Below, one piece after another: positions 21,081-30,974 of a stretch of DNA of 64,000 nucleotides. Position 1 is the first letter of the stretch. Each line of letters opens with the position of its first letter. The DNA is taken from IMG/VR virus record IMGVR_UViG_3300027848_000009, positions 91,888 through 155,887 of that record, one strand, 5' to 3'. The notes under the pieces are model-generated. The model ran no database searches and had not been told where the DNA came from. It saw only the letters and a program-made list of their open reading frames with translations. The stretch is from a virus. A program made the translations under genes and the position numbers.

Positions 21081-21356
21081 ATGATCAAGCGGTTCATAAG
21101 GTGGTATCTCAGGCCGATTGACCTAACTCGCGACGAACGAATCACCGGCGCTATTGGCTGGATGCTTCTGATAGTGGGCATTCTCGCCTACGACATTTTT
21201 GCTATTAGGACGCGGAAAATCGAAACGCTTTCTAGGTACTTTTGGCGATCCGCAGAGCGGACTGTATTTGGAAACACCCTGAGGTGCATCTGGGTCTGGC
21301 TAACATTTCATCTACTTTTTGAAACAAAAGTAAGAAAAACCCTGCACCGAAGATAA
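21081..21356 (+). CDS. small membrane protein
   Basis: Hydrophobic segments; AYDIFA...ETLS...WLTFHL. Confidence 0.7.
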   Translation: MIKRFIRWYLRPIDLTRDERITGAIGWMLLIVGILAYDIFAIRTRKIETLSRYFWRSAERTVFGNTLRCIWVWLTFHLLFETKVRKTLHRR

Positions 21357-21378
21357 CCGATCACGCTAATATACGGGC

Positions 21379-22011
21379 ATGGAAGAAACAGACGACGTCT
21401 CGTTGATCCACCCCGGACACTTTGGGGCATCAACAGACAACATCGTCCTCATCGAAGACTTTGTAGATGCAGATGATCTAATCACTCTCCAGAATTTTTT
21501 CCCCACTATCGACGAATGGGAGAATCCCCTTGAGGATGAGTTCAACGAAGACGGAACTTGCATTTACGACGCTTCATACTGGTGGGACAGGATGTGCAGC
21601 GGAGCAATCCTTCAAAGGACCGCACCAGAAATCCACGACCTGATCGACTTCTACATCAAGAAAATGAAGAACGTCCTCGATCAAAAGTTCAACGTCTCTC
21701 TGTACCAGCGACCGCCAGTGCTAATTAGATGGATGCCCGGAAACGAGCAGCAGCCACACGCCGACAAGCAACTCAATGATGGCACCCCGAACCCTTTCCC
21801 GTTGTACGACATCAACTCGATCATCTACTGGAACGACGATTTCAACGGCGGCGATTTCTACTATCCGGAATACGACATACATCTTCCAATCAAAGCCGGT
21901 ATGGCCGTCGCCCATCCGGGAGATATTCACTACCGGCATGGTGTGAAGCCAATCATTTCCGGCGAACGCTGGACAACACCTTCTTTTTACACGATCACGG
22001 AACTGAGATAA
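21379..22011 (+). CDS. 2OG-Fe(II) oxygenase, prolyl-hydroxylase-like
   Basis: HAD...YWNDDFNGG...HGVKPIISGERWT; leaderless TAATAT-N6-ATG. Confidence 0.92.
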   Translation: MEETDDVSLIHPGHFGASTDNIVLIEDFVDADDLITLQNFFPTIDEWENPLEDEFNEDGTCIYDASYWWDRMCSGAILQRTAPEIHDLIDFYIKKMKNVLDQKFNVSLYQRPPVLIRWMPGNEQQPHADKQLNDGTPNPFPLYDINSIIYWNDDFNGGDFYYPEYDIHLPIKAGMAVAHPGDIHYRHGVKPIISGERWTTPSFYTITELR

Positions 22012-22014
22012 ATA

Positions 22015-22725
22015 ATGCGCATCGGCGGCTACCTAGGAAACCCCACTGATGGAATTCTTCTCTACAAGGACGTTTGGCCAAAGGAATCAAACTTTGTTGA
22101 ACGCTTAGAGCGTGGCCTTGAGCAAAGTTCGAGCGAATATTTTTCGTGGCAGCAGGCAACAGTCGGCGACTACGAAATAATGAAGGACTATCGAGACTGT
22201 TTTGATTTCAAACTTCGCCAAGCCGACATTCCTGTGTCCGACGAATTTGCCGACCTTGGTCGAGTCTATGAAGAGGTTATTGAGGGAGTGCGTGAATGCG
22301 TTCTCCACTACTCGTCTCTTTACAACCTGCAACTCGACTACGAGGAAGCAACAAACTTTGTGAAGTACGGAGTTGGGCAGCACTTCTCAATCCATCCAGA
22401 TTCTGGCTTTTCCTACTCGTGCGCCGTATCGTGCGTCGGATACATCAACGACGACTACGAAGGCGGTGAATATGTGATGCCGTTCAAGAACCTCAAGTTC
22501 ATCCCCGAGGCCGGAGATGTAATTGTCCACCCCAGCGACTTCATCTACGCACACGCATCTCAACCAGTCTCATCTGGAATCAAGTACTCAGCAGTGACGA
22601 TGTACGACTACAACGACCGCAATCACCAAGCCCATTCTTCCGCCAAGTCGCCGGAGCCCGCCGTGACAATAAACAGCATTCCCGTCGCAAGTAATCAAAC
22701 GTCAGCGTACAACCCCGGTCCGTAA
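22015..22725 (+). CDS. 2OG-Fe(II) oxygenase, prolyl-hydroxylase-like
   Basis: HPD...YINDDYEGG...HASQPVSSGIKYS. Confidence 0.92.
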   Translation: MRIGGYLGNPTDGILLYKDVWPKESNFVERLERGLEQSSSEYFSWQQATVGDYEIMKDYRDCFDFKLRQADIPVSDEFADLGRVYEEVIEGVRECVLHYSSLYNLQLDYEEATNFVKYGVGQHFSIHPDSGFSYSCAVSCVGYINDDYEGGEYVMPFKNLKFIPEAGDVIVHPSDFIYAHASQPVSSGIKYSAVTMYDYNDRNHQAHSSAKSPEPAVTINSIPVASNQTSAYNPGP

Positions 22726-22728
22726 CCT

Positions 22729-23451
22729 GTGAAAGTTTCGTTAACTAGAACACATCAGAATCCGCCCGAGATCCGTCAGGCTGCAGTACGACGCGACTGG
22801 ATGGACGACACTTACAAGAAGCACGCATACAAGTGTCTGCCACTCACCGAAGCAAACGTAAACGGTTGGGACATGATCCTCCAGCAGGACGTTGTCATCC
22901 AGTGGGATGGCGGATTGACCGTGCCGAGAGTGCTCAGCGGCGAGAAAATGACGTTTGAGACAAATGGACAAACCTACGAACGCAACATCGTCATGCCGAG
23001 CATCGTTGGGATTATGTCATTCACGGTTGGATGGTCTTTTTCCACTCCGCCCGGTACCGCCACGTGGATCAGTGGATCACCAAACTATTTCGTTGACGGA
23101 GCAGTTCCTCTCACTGCCCACATCCCATCCGACTGGTGGCCGGACGAGTTCAACATGAATTGGAAAATCACCAAGATTGGAGAGCCGGTCACATTCCCGG
23201 CTGGATCTCCTTTCATGTTTTTTCAGTTCTACGACACATCCTTGATGCCAAGCGTCGAGTTCGAAGTCGAGAACTACTGGGACAAGCCAGAACTTTCTGC
23301 CGCTCGCCAGTCGTATGGCGATGCGAAAATGAAGAAACTCGAAGAGCAGCCTTGGACATGGATGGGTGGCATCAGGACTGGCCTTGACGAAAACGGAAAT
23401 CAGGTCGGTCCACGATTCGACGGGCACGTTCATTTAAAGGAACCACAGTGA
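22729..23451 (+). CDS. DUF6065-like protein
   Basis: RRDWMD....HAYKCLPLTEANVNGW...GSPNY..DG..PL...DWWP..F.MNWKIT; GTG start. Confidence 0.8.
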   Translation: MKVSLTRTHQNPPEIRQAAVRRDWMDDTYKKHAYKCLPLTEANVNGWDMILQQDVVIQWDGGLTVPRVLSGEKMTFETNGQTYERNIVMPSIVGIMSFTVGWSFSTPPGTATWISGSPNYFVDGAVPLTAHIPSDWWPDEFNMNWKITKIGEPVTFPAGSPFMFFQFYDTSLMPSVEFEVENYWDKPELSAARQSYGDAKMKKLEEQPWTWMGGIRTGLDENGNQVGPRFDGHVHLKEPQ

Positions 23452-25022
23452 GAAAATTTGGCGGGATTGCCTTAGGGCTTAAACTTGGAAACCTTGGCTT
23501 CAAGATCAAGGGAGTTACCCCTCAACAAGTGTTTGACGACCCCTCCTACTTCAGGGAGATTTTCAAACGCAACAAGGTGATCGGCTTTATAGGCATGCAT
23601 CCCACCGACATCGAACACATGCAGTTGGTGGACTGTATCTACAAAGGTGTCAGCGATCCAGACTTTCGCACAGGACTTCTTGCCGACCAGCGACATGAAA
23701 CAATTTCGGATGTCGAGGACAAATCCGATCCTGAAGGATTCCTGAAACGAAACTGGCATGTCGATAATCCATTCATGCCAGAGCCCCCATGCCTCCTCTC
23801 TATCCATATGACCACCTACAAAGTGGATCCAGACTATGGGCACACTTTTTTTGTCAGCCTCGCCAACCTGTATGACGAATGCCCCTCCCACCTGAAAGAG
23901 CATTTGAGTGACGCTCACTTCGTGTGCCAGACGGGAGCAATCGATCAGGATATCTCGACACACCCGGCCTTGCGCACCCACCCCGACACAGGGGAAACGA
24001 TGCTGTACTGGACAGGGCCCGGAACGGCTCTTGCCGGGGGCAACACTCCATGGTTTGAAGAACTGTACGGTTGGGTGACGAAATACTGCGCAAACGAAGC
24101 GAATCGCTTCAAATGGGTTTGGTCAGAAGGAGACGTGATCATCTGGGACAATCGGGCGGTCATGCACGGCTTCTACAATGGATGGGATCGGTCGGAACGC
24201 ATCTTCCAACGCGTCGAAGTTGGACATGAGCAACCTTTCTTTGACCCCGACCATGTCGGCAACTGCGATCCGGACTTCGGTGACACCAATGAATACAAGG
24301 GTGTCGATAAAGATAAATCGAAGGGACCCAATCCGGACCACATACCCCTCGTTTTCACGAAGGGCATCTACGCCCTCGAAGGCTTGGATCATCTTTTCCA
24401 GACAGTGACGCTCTTCGTGTTCTCGAAAGACGGTTCGATACCTGACAACGTTCGCGAGTTCAAAGAATTAATTGATGAGACTGACGACCTTTCCGACGAC
24501 TTCAACGTTGTCGGAGTTCCCATCGATGAGTCCAATCGATTGTTTGCAAACTTGATGAGGTACAGCAAACACCACAATCTAGAGGACCCGGTAGAAGGAC
24601 AGATGTTCCTTTTCTCTCGCAATGGAGACACACACGGTGGCTCAATGCCCGCCAGAGAAGATCTGATGAGGACAGCCCCATACGAGGGTGGGAAGTTGAC
24701 GCCGATCGAAACAGTTCGCGCATATCTCCGCTGGCACCCAGAAATGAGGCATGCTGGCCACGCTTGGCACTATCCGGATTGGTTCCCTCATCAGCCTCTC
24801 CAGTTCAGGCCTTGGGATTTCCAGAACCTTTTCTTCATGACGTACGAGGGTTTTAGTGGAAAAAATCCGCCAGAAGATTTTCTGGTACAGTTCGCCATTG
24901 ACACGATCTTCGGTTGCTTCAACCACCTAAGAGACAATGGCGAGCGCAGGCAGATCATCGAGCGAATCAACGATTACGTCTCATACATGCTGGAGTTGGA
25001 TGAACATGAGTTCGAGCGATAA
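23448..25022 (+). CDS. TauD/TfdA-family 2OG dioxygenase with ~250-aa unknown C-terminal domain
   Basis: WHVD, HPALRTHPDTG, W..GDVIIWDNRAVMH...R motifs. Confidence 0.88.
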   Translation: MRKFGGIALGLKLGNLGFKIKGVTPQQVFDDPSYFREIFKRNKVIGFIGMHPTDIEHMQLVDCIYKGVSDPDFRTGLLADQRHETISDVEDKSDPEGFLKRNWHVDNPFMPEPPCLLSIHMTTYKVDPDYGHTFFVSLANLYDECPSHLKEHLSDAHFVCQTGAIDQDISTHPALRTHPDTGETMLYWTGPGTALAGGNTPWFEELYGWVTKYCANEANRFKWVWSEGDVIIWDNRAVMHGFYNGWDRSERIFQRVEVGHEQPFFDPDHVGNCDPDFGDTNEYKGVDKDKSKGPNPDHIPLVFTKGIYALEGLDHLFQTVTLFVFSKDGSIPDNVREFKELIDETDDLSDDFNVVGVPIDESNRLFANLMRYSKHHNLEDPVEGQMFLFSRNGDTHGGSMPAREDLMRTAPYEGGKLTPIETVRAYLRWHPEMRHAGHAWHYPDWFPHQPLQFRPWDFQNLFFMTYEGFSGKNPPEDFLVQFAIDTIFGCFNHLRDNGERRQIIERINDYVSYMLELDEHEFER

Positions 25023-25842
25023 ACAACTTCCCGTCGGCAAACACCTTGGTGGTGGAGTAGTCCTATTCGAACAAGTGTTCGATCTTGACTGGGATTGGAT
25101 GAGAACGTACTGCAAAGATGTTTTGCAGCGCGAGCGCGCCACCATGTACGAGCCGGGCATCGACCCGATTACTGGCGACGATGGATACATCAACAGAAGT
25201 GGATACTTCTTCAAGAAAGATTCTCTCGACGAGATGCCATGGCGCGGCAGTTTTGTTCATCAAGACAGCAGGTCCGACGTTATCGAAACCCTTGATTACA
25301 TCGAAGAACGAAGAGATGCATGCCTGTTGACGTATCTCGGAATGTTCCCAATTGCGGGAAAATGTATTTGGTGGAAAATCAAGAGCCACATCGTCGCCTA
25401 CCCGATTGGTGGATTCCTCGGGATGCACGCCGACATCAGTACCGATTATGAATACGGCAAACCTCACCCCCGTGACCAACTCGCGACAAGGAACACCGTC
25501 TCAGTTGTCGCGTACCTCAACGATTCAGTTAAATCTGCGGACGAGTTGGATGGAACCAACTTTACCGGAGGGGCGCACAACTTCACCTACCTCGACATCA
25601 ATCATGAGGATATAAAGAAGGGCGACATGCTCTTCTTCCCCTCGAACTACGTAGCGGCACATGAGGTACAGCCAGTAACTGGCGGTTGGCGCTACTCCTA
25701 CTTGGGGTGGTATTGTCAGGGAACACCGAATCCGGCGGTGTGTGAAAATGTAATGGACCCGAGCGACAACCCGGAACTCGCCAAAATCTCGACGAATGTG
25801 TACATGAAACATGGCTACTCACTCCTGCCCCCAGTCGGCTAG
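25006..25842 (+). CDS. 2OG-Fe(II) oxygenase
   Basis: HAD...YLND...FTGG...HEVQPVTGGWRYS. Confidence 0.9.
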   Translation: MSSSDKQLPVGKHLGGGVVLFEQVFDLDWDWMRTYCKDVLQRERATMYEPGIDPITGDDGYINRSGYFFKKDSLDEMPWRGSFVHQDSRSDVIETLDYIEERRDACLLTYLGMFPIAGKCIWWKIKSHIVAYPIGGFLGMHADISTDYEYGKPHPRDQLATRNTVSVVAYLNDSVKSADELDGTNFTGGAHNFTYLDINHEDIKKGDMLFFPSNYVAAHEVQPVTGGWRYSYLGWYCQGTPNPAVCENVMDPSDNPELAKISTNVYMKHGYSLLPPVG

Positions 25843-26392
25843 AACAATCGGAATTGTCCACCCCGGCAGGATGGGTGGCACTTTGGCGTACGATCTCAAG
25901 AAAAGTGGCCACATCGTCTACTGGGCATCGTCAGGTCGCTCCGAAGCAACCGAAGAGCGAGCCAACGAGTTTGATCTTGTCGACCTCGTCGACGTCGACA
26001 CCGTCCTTGCCAAAAGCGAAATCGTGTTCTGCATTGCCTTTGGTGGAGCACCACTTGAAATCGCCAAGCACGTCGCCACAGTTGGCTACGACGGTATCTA
26101 CGTCGACGCCAATGGCCTGTGGGGCGAAGAGTCGGAGAAAGAGATTGCGTCCATCATCAACGATGCTGGGATCACCTACGTCGAAGCCGGTCTGTACGGT
26201 TGGCCACACCCGGGTCGCGAAGGATACACGGACGAGCACACCCTGTACCTGTCAGGAGAGAAGGCTGATGAAATTGCCAATCTTTTCTCATCGGGGTATT
26301 GGACTACCGAAGTACACCCGACGTCAGCAAAAGAAGTAAAACGCCTGAGGAACGATCGGGAACGAGGAACAGAGTTCCCCGAACAAGAGTAA
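25811..26392 (+). CDS. NAD(P)-binding oxidoreductase (6PGD/beta-hydroxyacid dehydrogenase N-terminal domain only)
   Basis: IGIVHPGRMGG Rossmann motif, GRSEAT..RA, YVDAN, LYLSG. Confidence 0.8.
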   Translation: MATHSCPQSARTIGIVHPGRMGGTLAYDLKKSGHIVYWASSGRSEATEERANEFDLVDLVDVDTVLAKSEIVFCIAFGGAPLEIAKHVATVGYDGIYVDANGLWGEESEKEIASIINDAGITYVEAGLYGWPHPGREGYTDEHTLYLSGEKADEIANLFSSGYWTTEVHPTSAKEVKRLRNDRERGTEFPEQE

Positions 26393-27063
26393 TGAAAGCA
26401 ACTCACTACGGATTTGGAATCGTCGAGTACGAGAACGTAGCCGACATCGATTCCGATTATCTGGAAGGCTGGCTAGAGAGGCGACGTCTTCAAGAACCTA
26501 ACGACTACACGCTTCAGAGCGACGGCACCTACATGAACAGGGGTGGGTACGTCTTCACGGAAGATCAAGTGAACGCTTCGCCCGGTCGTCTACTCCGGTT
26601 GAAGGTCAACTGCAGTGATGAAGATCTCGCCTTCGCAGAAAAACTCGAAAATGTCACCGCACTCTGCATTTCCGAATATTTTAATATCTTCCCAGAGGCG
26701 CAACGAAGTGTCTGGTGGAGGGCGGATCCCCATGTGGCAACCTACAAGCCCGGAGGATACATGGGGTACCACCACGACAATCTTGTTGGGGCTGGATCGG
26801 AAAGCGAAAAAGCGATCTACAGCGTCCTCACTGCATCTATAATCCTGAAAGATCAATGTAGCGGCGGAGATTTAGGGTTCAAATACATTGACAAGCATTT
26901 TGCGCCCAAGGCTGGAACTGCTTTTGTTTACCCTGCGGGTTTTCTAGGAACACACGAAGTGTGTCCGGTAACTTCCGGTGAACGTATTTCTTATTTGGAG
27001 TTCTTTGGGCACGGAACGCTGATGGGAGCCAACCCTTTCACTCCTCCTCGTACGGAATCCTAG
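26392..27063 (+). CDS. 2OG-Fe(II) oxygenase
   Basis: TAATG coupling; HHD...GGDLGF...HEVCPVTSGERIS. Confidence 0.9.
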   Translation: MKATHYGFGIVEYENVADIDSDYLEGWLERRRLQEPNDYTLQSDGTYMNRGGYVFTEDQVNASPGRLLRLKVNCSDEDLAFAEKLENVTALCISEYFNIFPEAQRSVWWRADPHVATYKPGGYMGYHHDNLVGAGSESEKAIYSVLTASIILKDQCSGGDLGFKYIDKHFAPKAGTAFVYPAGFLGTHEVCPVTSGERISYLEFFGHGTLMGANPFTPPRTES

Positions 27064-28036
27064 TTCCGCTGGGGCCACCCTCTTTGGAGCGTTGCTGCGT
27101 CTCGATTGTAGAGGCGTGGAACCCGAGAGCGGAGTCTTTTGATGTATCGAGATGCGAGTGCCCCGACTTCGAGAACTTCACATGATCTTGGTAAAGGTAA
27201 GGGACGTAAACCGGAGCAAGCCACATGTCGCTTTCTTGCGGTTCTGAAACTTCGGCCATGTGCTCGCCGCCATGGCCAAACTGGGTGAGGTAGCTGTAGC
27301 GCGGCGTTTCGCCTGTAACCTGCGTCACCCCATGAGTGCCAACGTAGTTTGCTGGGAAGAGAATCATGTCCCCAGTCTTGGGTTTGATGGTGACATCCAA
27401 ATAGGGGAAGTGCATTTCCCCACCCTCGTAATCGTCGTTAAAGTAGGCTAACCCGTTGACGACTTGGTACATGGCAATCTCACGACCGCTGTAGTAACGC
27501 TGGCCATCAACAACGAACGTGTTCGTGTCATTATCGTTGTGTAGACCGAGGTTAGCCCCCGGCATGAATTTCAGGCAGTGCCCCCTCATTCGCCACCAAA
27601 CCGAGTTGACCATGAGCGGGTAGAGATCGCAATACCGGATCAAGGCGTGGTAGAACGATTCTTCGACGTGCTCGAAAAACGCCCTCACGTCGTGCCTCGT
27701 TTCCGGGCTGACCGGTTCAGGCATTCCGTGACCACCAACTCGCATTGGCAGGGCTAGAAGGTCTTTGATGTCAACGACTCTCCCGTCAAAAGTTTCGCCA
27801 CGGATCATGTTGCCTTCTTCGTCCCTGATGATCTCAAGGCCACATGATGGGACGTAAGCCAACTCGTCGATGTGGGGGAGCACGACGCTTTGGTCTATGT
27901 CGAACACGTTATGAAAGTGAATGACGCCACCGGTGTGATGGGTGTATTCGATCTCGTTTACGCGTTTGCAGTCATTTTCGTCAAGACTGTAATATGCGTA
28001 TTTGTTGCGATCCGGAGGGCCAAGTCGTGCGGGCAT
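27038..28036 (-). CDS. 2OG-Fe(II) oxygenase
   Basis: HND...YFNDDYEGGEMHF...HGVTQVTGETPRYS; leaderless TAATAT-N7-ATG. Confidence 0.9.
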   Translation of the reverse strand: MPARLGPPDRNKYAYYSLDENDCKRVNEIEYTHHTGGVIHFHNVFDIDQSVVLPHIDELAYVPSCGLEIIRDEEGNMIRGETFDGRVVDIKDLLALPMRVGGHGMPEPVSPETRHDVRAFFEHVEESFYHALIRYCDLYPLMVNSVWWRMRGHCLKFMPGANLGLHNDNDTNTFVVDGQRYYSGREIAMYQVVNGLAYFNDDYEGGEMHFPYLDVTIKPKTGDMILFPANYVGTHGVTQVTGETPRYSYLTQFGHGGEHMAEVSEPQESDMWLAPVYVPYLYQDHVKFSKSGHSHLDTSKDSALGFHASTIETQQRSKEGGPSGTRIPYEEE

Positions 28037-28046
28037 ATCTACTATA

Positions 28047-28820
28047 TTATCTTACTTTGTAAGCAATAGCAGTGCCGATTTCGTCGTGCGCTAAGTGAAA
28101 CACGTTGAAGTCGTCGCGCTGCAAAATTCTCCTGTTGATCCGGTGCATGTGATGTTCGTGCGCCTTTAGTCCGTCCTCGTAGAGCGACCCAAACTCGGCG
28201 AGGTCATAGATCATCATGATTCCGCCAACTTTGATGGAGTCAAGTAGACGATCTACGATGTTCAAGTTTGGGGTAAGGAAGTCATGGGTGTGCAGTCGAG
28301 CGGAGTCGAAATAGTTGACAACGTTTCCGTCTTCGAAATCCTGAAGGTCGATTACGTTGTATTTGCATTCTGAATGATTTGGAACGGTTCCATTTTCGTC
28401 AAGCGTTTCTTCCATAATTCTGGTTTCAAAAGTATTGATCCAGTAATAGTCCTTGGTACCTTCAGACATGGCGGGGAAGTGAGTGTTGACTGGAAAGGAT
28501 CCGGAAATTAGAATTTTTTCCGGCGTGGTCGGATCGACGGGTTTAAGGATGCCAAAAAGCGACTTGACGGCAATGTAGTTTCGCCACGCGTATTCGAGCC
28601 AAGTATTATCCTGCTCGCCAAGCCACGTAGAGTACTTCCAGAAGTACCAGTCGCGACCCATGGCCGCTTGTCGCTTGTCAGCGTTTGCTTCCGCGATTCC
28701 GGCATCAGCAAGTCTTGAGTAGTCGCGAACAAGGCTCAGTTCGTCATCCCATGTTGCGCCAGTCTGATTAGTGGAGAGGCTTCTAGCGACAATGCCTTTA
28801 TGGAAAATGCTGCTAGACAT
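28047..28820 (-). CDS. methyltransferase-fold protein (divergent)
   Basis: LLDSIKVGGIMMI...RDDFNVFHL....GTAIAYK resembles an O-methyltransferase C-terminus; paralog of 35169-35876. Confidence 0.5.
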   Translation of the reverse strand: MSSSIFHKGIVARSLSTNQTGATWDDELSLVRDYSRLADAGIAEANADKRQAAMGRDWYFWKYSTWLGEQDNTWLEYAWRNYIAVKSLFGILKPVDPTTPEKILISGSFPVNTHFPAMSEGTKDYYWINTFETRIMEETLDENGTVPNHSECKYNVIDLQDFEDGNVVNYFDSARLHTHDFLTPNLNIVDRLLDSIKVGGIMMIYDLAEFGSLYEDGLKAHEHHMHRINRRILQRDDFNVFHLAHDEIGTAIAYKVR

Positions 28821-29148
28821 TGTTCTCTACCTCGAACGACGAAATGTGACGACGACGCCAAAACCTGCGCGATAGCAGCATCATCCAACTTTTTTGTTTA
28901 CGTCCAAACGAGAATCCGGGATCGCAGGAACGTTGCTTGTCCCCGACCGGCAGGTAGGGCTCCATTGGATGTGGTTCGAACATCCACCCACATCGATCAA
29001 TCAGATCGTCGATTGTGTACGTGTTCATGTCTTCTTCGTTCAAACCAAGAATGTAGAAGCAGGACAACAGGTGCTTGGATGACCACCCCAATTCCGAGTG
29101 CGGGCTGTAAATCTTTCCAGATGTTGGGCTTACTTGCCTAATTGTCAT
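28813..29148 (-). CDS. hypothetical protein
   Basis: Coupled ORF; similar to 34892-35176. Confidence 0.65.
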   Translation of the reverse strand: MTIRQVSPTSGKIYSPHSELGWSSKHLLSCFYILGLNEEDMNTYTIDDLIDRCGWMFEPHPMEPYLPVGDKQRSCDPGFSFGRKQKSWMMLLSRRFWRRRHISSFEVENNV

Positions 29149-29378
29149 TACTGATCTTCTTTGAGTTTTTCACAGAGCACAAGCATCCCTTCTTCTGGGA
29201 ACTCAAGCGCTCCGATCGCCGGATTGAAGACAAGCGTTTTTTCCATTCGGTTTCCAAATGGATCGACCTCCGTTGTGACGTCCTCTAACATCGACATACC
29301 GGCCGCTGCGGCAATCTCTCGTGGATGACGATCGTCTCCACCGATTACCGAGAGAAGATGAGGTGAAGAGAATTTCAT
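29148..29378 (-). CDS. hypothetical protein
   Basis: Overlapping start/stop with neighbours. Confidence 0.6.
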   Translation of the reverse strand: MKFSSPHLLSVIGGDDRHPREIAAAAGMSMLEDVTTEVDPFGNRMEKTLVFNPAIGALEFPEEGMLVLCEKLKEDQ

Positions 29379-29605
29379 AACAAGAGACTTTCAAGGGCCG
29401 ACAACTGCCGCTTTAGTGAAAGATAGTTGGAGTAATTGAGATCCTCCTCAGTGACAGGGATCACCATATCCGAGGATGCCGTTTCAACGTCAACTTCTAG
29501 GAAAGAGCATAAAATGTAAATGGAGTATTCCAAAAAATCTTGTGCTTCCAGTTTCGCCTGAGCAACAACTTCTGAAGTTAGTGACATTTCTCGTCCTTGA
29601 GTCAA
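29375..29605 (-). CDS. small helical protein (paralog family)
   Basis: Coupled; K..A...LE..IY.L...L..DV pattern. Confidence 0.65.
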   Translation of the reverse strand: MTQGREMSLTSEVVAQAKLEAQDFLEYSIYILCSFLEVDVETASSDMVIPVTEEDLNYSNYLSLKRQLSALESLLL

Positions 29606-29823
29606 GATGCCTGAATTGTCGCAAGATATGACTTCGCGAGATTCAAGGTCTGCATTGATCGCAGAAGCTCTGCGTCGCTGGGGTCATCTGATGTGAAATC
29701 GTCCGCAACAGATGATACATCAAAACCCCTGCCGAGGCAGGCGATGAGAACGTCTTCCTCAATCGCCGTGAGTGCAGTCTCTGCGGCTTCAATTTTCTGA
29801 TCTTTGGTGATTGTGAAAATCAT
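29602..29823 (-). CDS. small helical protein (paralog family)
   Basis: Coupled; same pattern as neighbours. Confidence 0.65.
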   Translation of the reverse strand: MIFTITKDQKIEAAETALTAIEEDVLIACLGRGFDVSSVADDFTSDDPSDAELLRSMQTLNLAKSYLATIQAS

Positions 29824-29825
29824 CT

Positions 29826-30059
29826 TCAGAGCCTTTCGAGAGCGATTTTTAGCCGGTTGTAAGATGCCACTCGCTCAGCCAGACCGATTTCAAGAACGCC
29901 TTCGCACTCTTCTGGCGTTGGATGACTTCCCGGGTCGATGCTGTCGGGGAGAATTCCGGCATGAAGCGCGGCGGCGATCACCAATTTCTCCTGCTCTTGC
30001 AGGACATTCCCTAGATGCCGTCGCTTTGCGTCGTTGCTAACCCTGTTAAGCGCTACCAT
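29826..30059 (-). CDS. small helical protein (paralog family)
   Basis: First gene of the minus-strand operon; GGAG RBS. Confidence 0.65.
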   Translation of the reverse strand: MVALNRVSNDAKRRHLGNVLQEQEKLVIAAALHAGILPDSIDPGSHPTPEECEGVLEIGLAERVASYNRLKIALERL

Positions 30060-30147
30060 AATTTATCTCCAGAGACTGAGGTGACAACCACTATTTATTG
30101 TAGCATGCGAAGATGTTGCAAAGGTTGTGTGATGATACTATGTAGGC

Positions 30148-30795
30148 ATGATTGATCTTGTTAAACCTTCACAAACGCTGATTGAAACATTGGTCGCCGA
30201 ACATCACCTCGGACCAACACCTGACGGAGAAAGCGTGTACGACATCCCCGTTGGATCGATCGATGGTTCCGTCTCCCGAATGCTCGAAAAGCGTAAAGAT
30301 AACGTCACAATGATGGTGAACGTCACCGGGGGGTGCGGCAACTCGATGCAGTACCCGATGCTGCAAGTTCTTGAGTACGACTACGCCGACTATGGATTCA
30401 AAATAATTTGCATCCCAACAAACGACTACTGCGAATACGGGTATGGCGACTTCAAGGACAACTCAACCAGCACAGCCCAAGAAGCACACGACTACGCCTA
30501 CTACAATTACAGGGTCAGGATGGACTTTACCGAACTCCTTATCTCCCGCCACAACCGGGAAGACGAAGATAGCAAAACCCCACACCGCCTCTACGCCAGA
30601 CTCGGAATTGACGAAGGTCCAATTAGAGGAAATTTTGAGAAGTGGATAGTCTCTAGAGACGGCAAGCGTCGCGCCCGGTTCACCAACGGCTCCCTCCTCC
30701 CTGCGAATTTTGAGAGCGGCAACGACAACTACGCACCGCAGGAAGCACTGCGACGCATCCGTGGAGCAATCGAATATTTCCTAACAGAGGACTAA
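30148..30795 (+). CDS. glutathione peroxidase family protein (atypical)
   Basis: VNVTGGCG...QY, PTNDY, NFEKWIVSRDG match the three GPx motif blocks. Confidence 0.82.
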   Translation: MIDLVKPSQTLIETLVAEHHLGPTPDGESVYDIPVGSIDGSVSRMLEKRKDNVTMMVNVTGGCGNSMQYPMLQVLEYDYADYGFKIICIPTNDYCEYGYGDFKDNSTSTAQEAHDYAYYNYRVRMDFTELLISRHNREDEDSKTPHRLYARLGIDEGPIRGNFEKWIVSRDGKRRARFTNGSLLPANFESGNDNYAPQEALRRIRGAIEYFLTED

Positions 30796-30833
30796 CATCC
30801 GACGGCACGCCAATTTGAGAGTAGTATCAAGCA

Positions 30834-30974
30834 ATGGATCCGCAACCATTCAACGCAAACGATGTCATCGCTGATCTTGCAGAACAAGTGAAGCAACTGT
30901 CACTAAACAACACAATTCTGCGGGCGATGCTCAAGAAGACACAAGAGGAACCTGAAGCAAACCAAACAAACTAA
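30834..30974 (+). CDS. 46-aa coiled-coil protein (not in ORF track)
   Basis: MDPQPFNANDVIADLAEQVKQLSLNNTILRAML...; TAGTAT-N6-ATG; TAATG coupling to next gene. Confidence 0.65.
   Translation: MDPQPFNANDVIADLAEQVKQLSLNNTILRAMLKKTQEEPEANQTN

Noticed and set aside
20718-21181. Alternative-frame ORFs (MWRE.., GGKN.., SRHI.. repeats)
   Set aside because: Shadows of a stop-free 12-bp repeat; variation is synonymous in the FPPx frame, which also fits the operon.
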